The translations under genes were made by a program, and so were the position numbers. This document shows, in pieces, positions 32,911-34,828 of a stretch of 34,828 nt of DNA. The DNA is taken from positions 1 to 34,828 of the forward strand of contig JTLS01000071.1 of assembly GCA_000826855.1 (NCBI GenBank), in the 5' to 3' direction. Position 1 is the stretch's first letter, and every line of letters begins with the position of its first letter. The notes below the pieces were generated by a model, which saw nothing but the letters and a program-made list of their open reading frames with translations, had not been told where the DNA came from and did not search any database. Source of the stretch: Basidioascus undulatus (Eukaryota).

Positions 32911-33567
32911 GCGAGAACCATTGCTTTGGGAAAGTCGAGTCGAGGCGCGGGTTGAACCTTCAAATCCCCAGTGCCGCCCCTCACAACCCCGCCTTTTCCT
33001 GCACAAGTTCTGACATGGCGATTGGAGACAGATTTGAAACTCCTGTGGGCAAACGCAAGCTTCCGAGCCAGACAAGCTTTCTCTGAAGCCTGTGCGTGAG
33101 GACCCCACCGGTTCACATCAAACTGTGGAAGGGTTTTACTATCTGCCGATTCCAAGTTAGAAATGTTTCTTTCAATTTCCGTTTGGAGATATGCCTCCTC
33201 AAGAAGCGGATGTCTCCGTGCGCACGAGCTAACTAGCGACAGCCTGCAGTTCGCAACATGGCAGCATAGGCAACTAACTGCGTTGCACAACCACCACAGA
33301 CCGATTGCTAGGCGGCCTATAGAGAGGAAGACACTAGTACCGCGCCATGCCGCCGAAAAATACTGTGTGCTCATGATTGCCTCGTCCTCAAACGCTCAAA
33401 CGTCTATCCTTGGATACCCAGTAGGCTTCCACAACGCGTTCCAGAATCTTTCGTTCTCACCCAATCTAACTCGCAAAACCAAGCGAAACACCTTGTATCA
33501 AATGCGCAATGCTCGATATATGTTCATGTAAGTCATGTCATTTTCCCTCGGTGCTCGCCCCGGCCGC

Positions 33568-34732
33568 TCACTGGTCCTTGAACGACGGCTTGCGCTTCTC
33601 GGCGAACGCGGCCATGCCTTCGCGTCGGAGGGGTGCGTCAGAGATTGCACAGGAGGGCGAGAGGGAAGGGGAGAGAGGAAAGGGGGAGAGAGGAAAGGGA
33701 GATGGAAGGGAGAGGGGAGAGGGAGATAAGACGCACCCTCCTTCTGGTCCTCCGTCGCGAACAGCTGGTGGAACAGCCTGCGCTCGAAGCGGAGGCCCTC
33801 GGCGAGGGTGAGCTCGTACGCTGTCGGGACCCCCCAAAGTATTCTCAGTATTCTCCGCGGATGTGGGGAGGGAAGGCCTCGTGAAATAGACAACTCACCA
33901 GCATTGACCGCCTCCTTCCCCGCCTGCACGCTCACAGCGCCCTTGCCCGCAATCGTGCCCGCAAGCTTGACCGCCTCGTCCACGACGCTGCCGTCCTTGA
34001 CGACGCGGCTGACGAGCCCCCAGCGGTCGGCCTCCTCAGCGGAGATCATGCGGCCAGAGAGGACGAGCTCCATCGCGCGGGACTTTCCGACCGCGCGCGT
34101 GAGGCGCTGCGTCCCACCCGCGCCGGGGATGATACCGAGGTTGATCTCGGGCTGCCCGAACTGCGCGGTGGGCGACGCGAGGAGCACGTCGCACATCATT
34201 GCGAGCTCGCAGCCGCCGCCGAGCTGTGGGAAGGGTGCGTTAGGGCGGGGACAGGGGGGGAGGTGGGAGAGAGGAGAAGGACGAACTGCGTAGCCTGAGA
34301 CGGCACCGACGATGGGTTTGCGGAAGGCGTTGATGCGCGTCCAGGAGGCGAGGAAGTCCTCCTTGTACGCCTCGGCAAAGTTCTTGTCCTTCATTTCCTT
34401 GATATCCGCGCCGGCTGCCCTCCCCTACCATCTCAGCTCCCATCCTCCTCCTCCTACCTGCTCCACTCACCCGCAAACGCTTTCTCGCTGCCAGTGAGGA
34501 CGAGCGCCTTGGTACTATCGTCCTCCTGGACGCGGTCGAGCGCGTCGTTGAGCTCGGCCATGAGCGCGCGGTTGAGCGCGTTGAGCGCCTTGGGCCGGTT
34601 GAGCGTGATGAGCTGCACGGCGGGCGAGGGCCGCGAGATGATGATGTTCGTGTACTCGGGCGCGGCGCCCGTGGAGTACAGGCGGATGGAGCGCGTGAGA
34701 GGGGGGAGATGGCGGAGGGGAGAGCGGAACAT
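33568..34732 (-). CDS. ECHS1: Mitochondrial enoyl-CoA hydratase (crotonase family), 4 introns
   Basis: Arg/Ser-rich presequence [21 protein letters not shown], then [38 protein letters not shown] and [20 protein letters not shown], with both catalytic Glu present. Ends [20 protein letters not shown]. Confidence 0.95.
33655..33726. repeat. Polypurine/polypyrimidine low-complexity tract in the last ECH intron
   Basis: An almost pure G/A run on + with repeated ggggagagaggaaagggg units. Confidence 0.7.
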
Positions 34733-34788
34733 GGTGGGTGCTGATGGGGTGTGGATGAGTGTTGTGTGTGTGAGAGGGGGGAGATGGC
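34695..34788. repeat. Exact 19-bp direct repeat (one copy in the ECH presequence, one upstream of the ATG)
   Basis: gtgagaggggggagatggc at 34695-34713 and 34770-34788. Confidence 0.8.
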
Positions 34789-34828
34789 AGAGAAAATCGG
34801 AGAGACGGACGGGAATAGGAGAATTAAC

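Noticed and set aside
1..34828. CRISPR arrays, tRNA/rRNA genes, transposons, secondary-metabolite cluster
   Set aside because: No regular repeat-spacer array, RNA gene signature or transposase/RT motif was seen by eye. SDR, TF, AKR and ECH are interspersed with housekeeping genes and no PKS/NRPS/terpene backbone gene is present.

Overview
Eukaryotic, intron-dense, mostly GC-rich fungal DNA with GT..CTRAC..YAG introns of about 50-80 nt. The gene content, especially a Upa2-like protein, points to a basidiomycete. The ORF track only shows exon fragments, so genes were rebuilt by manual splicing. In order: a 5'-partial DOCK-family Rho/Rac GEF (+, about 34 introns); Mdv1/Caf4 WD40 mitochondrial fission adaptor (-); PI31 proteasome regulator (-); a possible decayed ORF (+); a 15-intron SDR with a PTS2-like N-terminus (-); a Zn2Cys6 transcription factor that appears pseudogenised (-); a Upa2-like multi-PAM2/coiled-coil endosomal mRNA transport protein ending in GWF (-); an aldo-keto-reductase-fold protein with a signal peptide that has lost its catalytic Tyr and much of its NADPH site (-); further possible decayed ORFs; and mitochondrial enoyl-CoA hydratase (-). 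No tRNA, rRNA, CRISPR array or recognisable transposon was seen. The best candidates for novelty are the apparently secreted AKR pseudo-enzyme, the six-PAM2/GWF/NPSDE-repeat Upa2 variant, the DOCK sensor-valine substitution and the truncated Zn-cluster remnant.
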